Part shown: positions 63,264 through 64,000 of the stretch, in pieces
Layout of the letters: every line of letters begins with the position of its first letter
How positions within the stretch are numbered: the first letter of the stretch is position 1
DNA from: Smithella sp.
Lineage (GTDB): Bacteria; Desulfobacterota; Syntrophia; Syntrophales; Smithellaceae
Assembly (NCBI GenBank): GCA_052139735.1
Contig: JBKQWB010000003.1
Span: 27,528-91,527, forward strand
DNA: 64,000 nt
Reading direction: 5' to 3'
The notes under the pieces: model-generated
Seen by the model: only the letters and a program-made list of their open reading frames with translations
Told to the model about the DNA's origin: nothing
The model's database searches: none
Program-made: the position numbers and the translations under genes

Positions 63264-64000
63264 TCTTTGCTCCTGTTTTTGCTTCGCGGTCAAATGTCAG
63301 TACCGTAAGTTCTTTATCCGTATCAGTCGCCAGCAGCATGCCGTAAGATTCTACTCCCATTAATTTCATCGGTTTTAAATTGGCAACGATCACTATTTTT
63401 TTGCCGATTAATTCCGCGGGGGTATAGTCCTTGCCGACACCGGCAACAATTGTGCGTTCTTCACCTATATCGACTGTAAGTTTTAAAAGTTTATTGGATT
63501 TGGGAACAGCTTCCGCCGCCAGAATTTTTGCCACACGTAAATCCACTTTGGCAAACTCCTCGTAGTCAATTTCAGGTTTTAAATCAATCATGGAAGATTT
63601 TTTCTCCTGCGTCTGGTTTTCTTTTTCCTGAACAATGCGCGGGAACAGCGATTCGCCGCGAGTTAAGGGGCTGCCCGCTTTTAATATATCACCTTTTTTT
63701 ATACTGGCCATATCCAGATTAGATTCATCTACTCCAATTTGCCGCAAAATTTTCTCCGCGGTTTGCGGCATGAAAGGCTTGAGCAAAACAGCTATTGACC
63801 GCAAGGCCACAAGCAAATTAAACATAATTGCTGTTAATTTTTCCTTGTTCGCGGGGTCTTTTCCCAAAGTCCACGGCTCATTTGCGACAATATATTTATT
63901 AGTGATATTTATAAAATCCCAAATGGCAATCAAGGCTTTATGCAGGGACATGTCATTAAAACTGGATTCGACTTCTGCGACTGTTTTCAAAGCTGCTTCA
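63256..64000 (-). CDS. metG: Methionyl-tRNA synthetase, C-terminal part (gene continues beyond the right edge)
   Basis: Anticodon-binding region, then a C-terminal tRNA-binding domain (VDLRVAKILAAEAVPKSNKLLKLTVDIGEERTIVAGV...). The frame is open to the window end. Confidence 0.9.
   Translation of the reverse strand, partial: EAALKTVAEVESSFNDMSLHKALIAIWDFINITNKYIVANEPWTLGKDPANKEKLTAIMFNLLVALRSIAVLLKPFMPQTAEKILRQIGVDESNLDMASIKKGDILKAGSPLTRGESLFPRIVQEKENQTQEKKSSMIDLKPEIDYEEFAKVDLRVAKILAAEAVPKSNKLLKLTVDIGEERTIVAGVGKDYTPAELIGKKIVIVANLKPMKLMGVESYGMLLATDTDKELTVLTFDREAKTGAKIR

Overview
Bacterial chromosomal segment, about 40% G+C by eye. No rRNA, CRISPR array, transposase or integrase was recognised. 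(1) 1-26321: one co-directional minus-strand translation/transcription supercluster. It runs tRNA-Thr/Tyr/Gly/Thr, rpmG, tRNA-Trp, secE-nusG, rplKAJL, rpoBC, rpsLG, tuf, the S10 and spc operons, secY, map, infA, rpmJ, rpsM. fusA and adk are absent from their usual slots. (2) 26.6-31.8 kb: leuA-leuCD-leuB, preceded by a promoter, a Leu-rich leader ORF and an intrinsic terminator. An odd 282-bp leuA-leuC spacer carries phased 15-bp repeats. (3) 31.8-38.7 kb: a split cobalamin-dependent methionine synthase. It comprises a standalone activation-domain protein, a 4Fe-4S protein, a REC-PAS-HD-GYP regulator whose conserved C-terminus is out of frame after an A6 run, and an 800-aa MetH core. (4) 38.7-54.8 kb: housekeeping genes (tonB-like, pyrE, rlmI-like, manC-like, maf, yggS, a second REC-HD-GYP, uvrA, two parvulin PPIases, mfd). 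The ORF track misses a small minus-strand gene at 43171-43470. It encodes a MerP/HMA-like secreted protein with an in-frame UGA at the second Cys of the metal-binding motif (CAAU) and a hairpin starting 11 nt downstream, so it is a selenoprotein candidate. (5) 55107-55204 is selC (tRNA-Sec, anticodon UCA). It is followed by a roughly 1.8-kb G+C-rich segment with a single cation/H+ antiporter gene, bounded by a 15/16 direct repeat of the selC 3' end; this looks like an integrase-less islet. (6) 57-64 kb: envelope and stress genes (MORN-repeat protein, SIMPL, Usp, beta-propeller lipoprotein, a DsbC-like protein whose CxxC is replaced by HSPC) and the 3' end of metG. Taxonomy cannot be established from this window. 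A selenium-using anaerobe of deltaproteobacterial type is only a weak guess.
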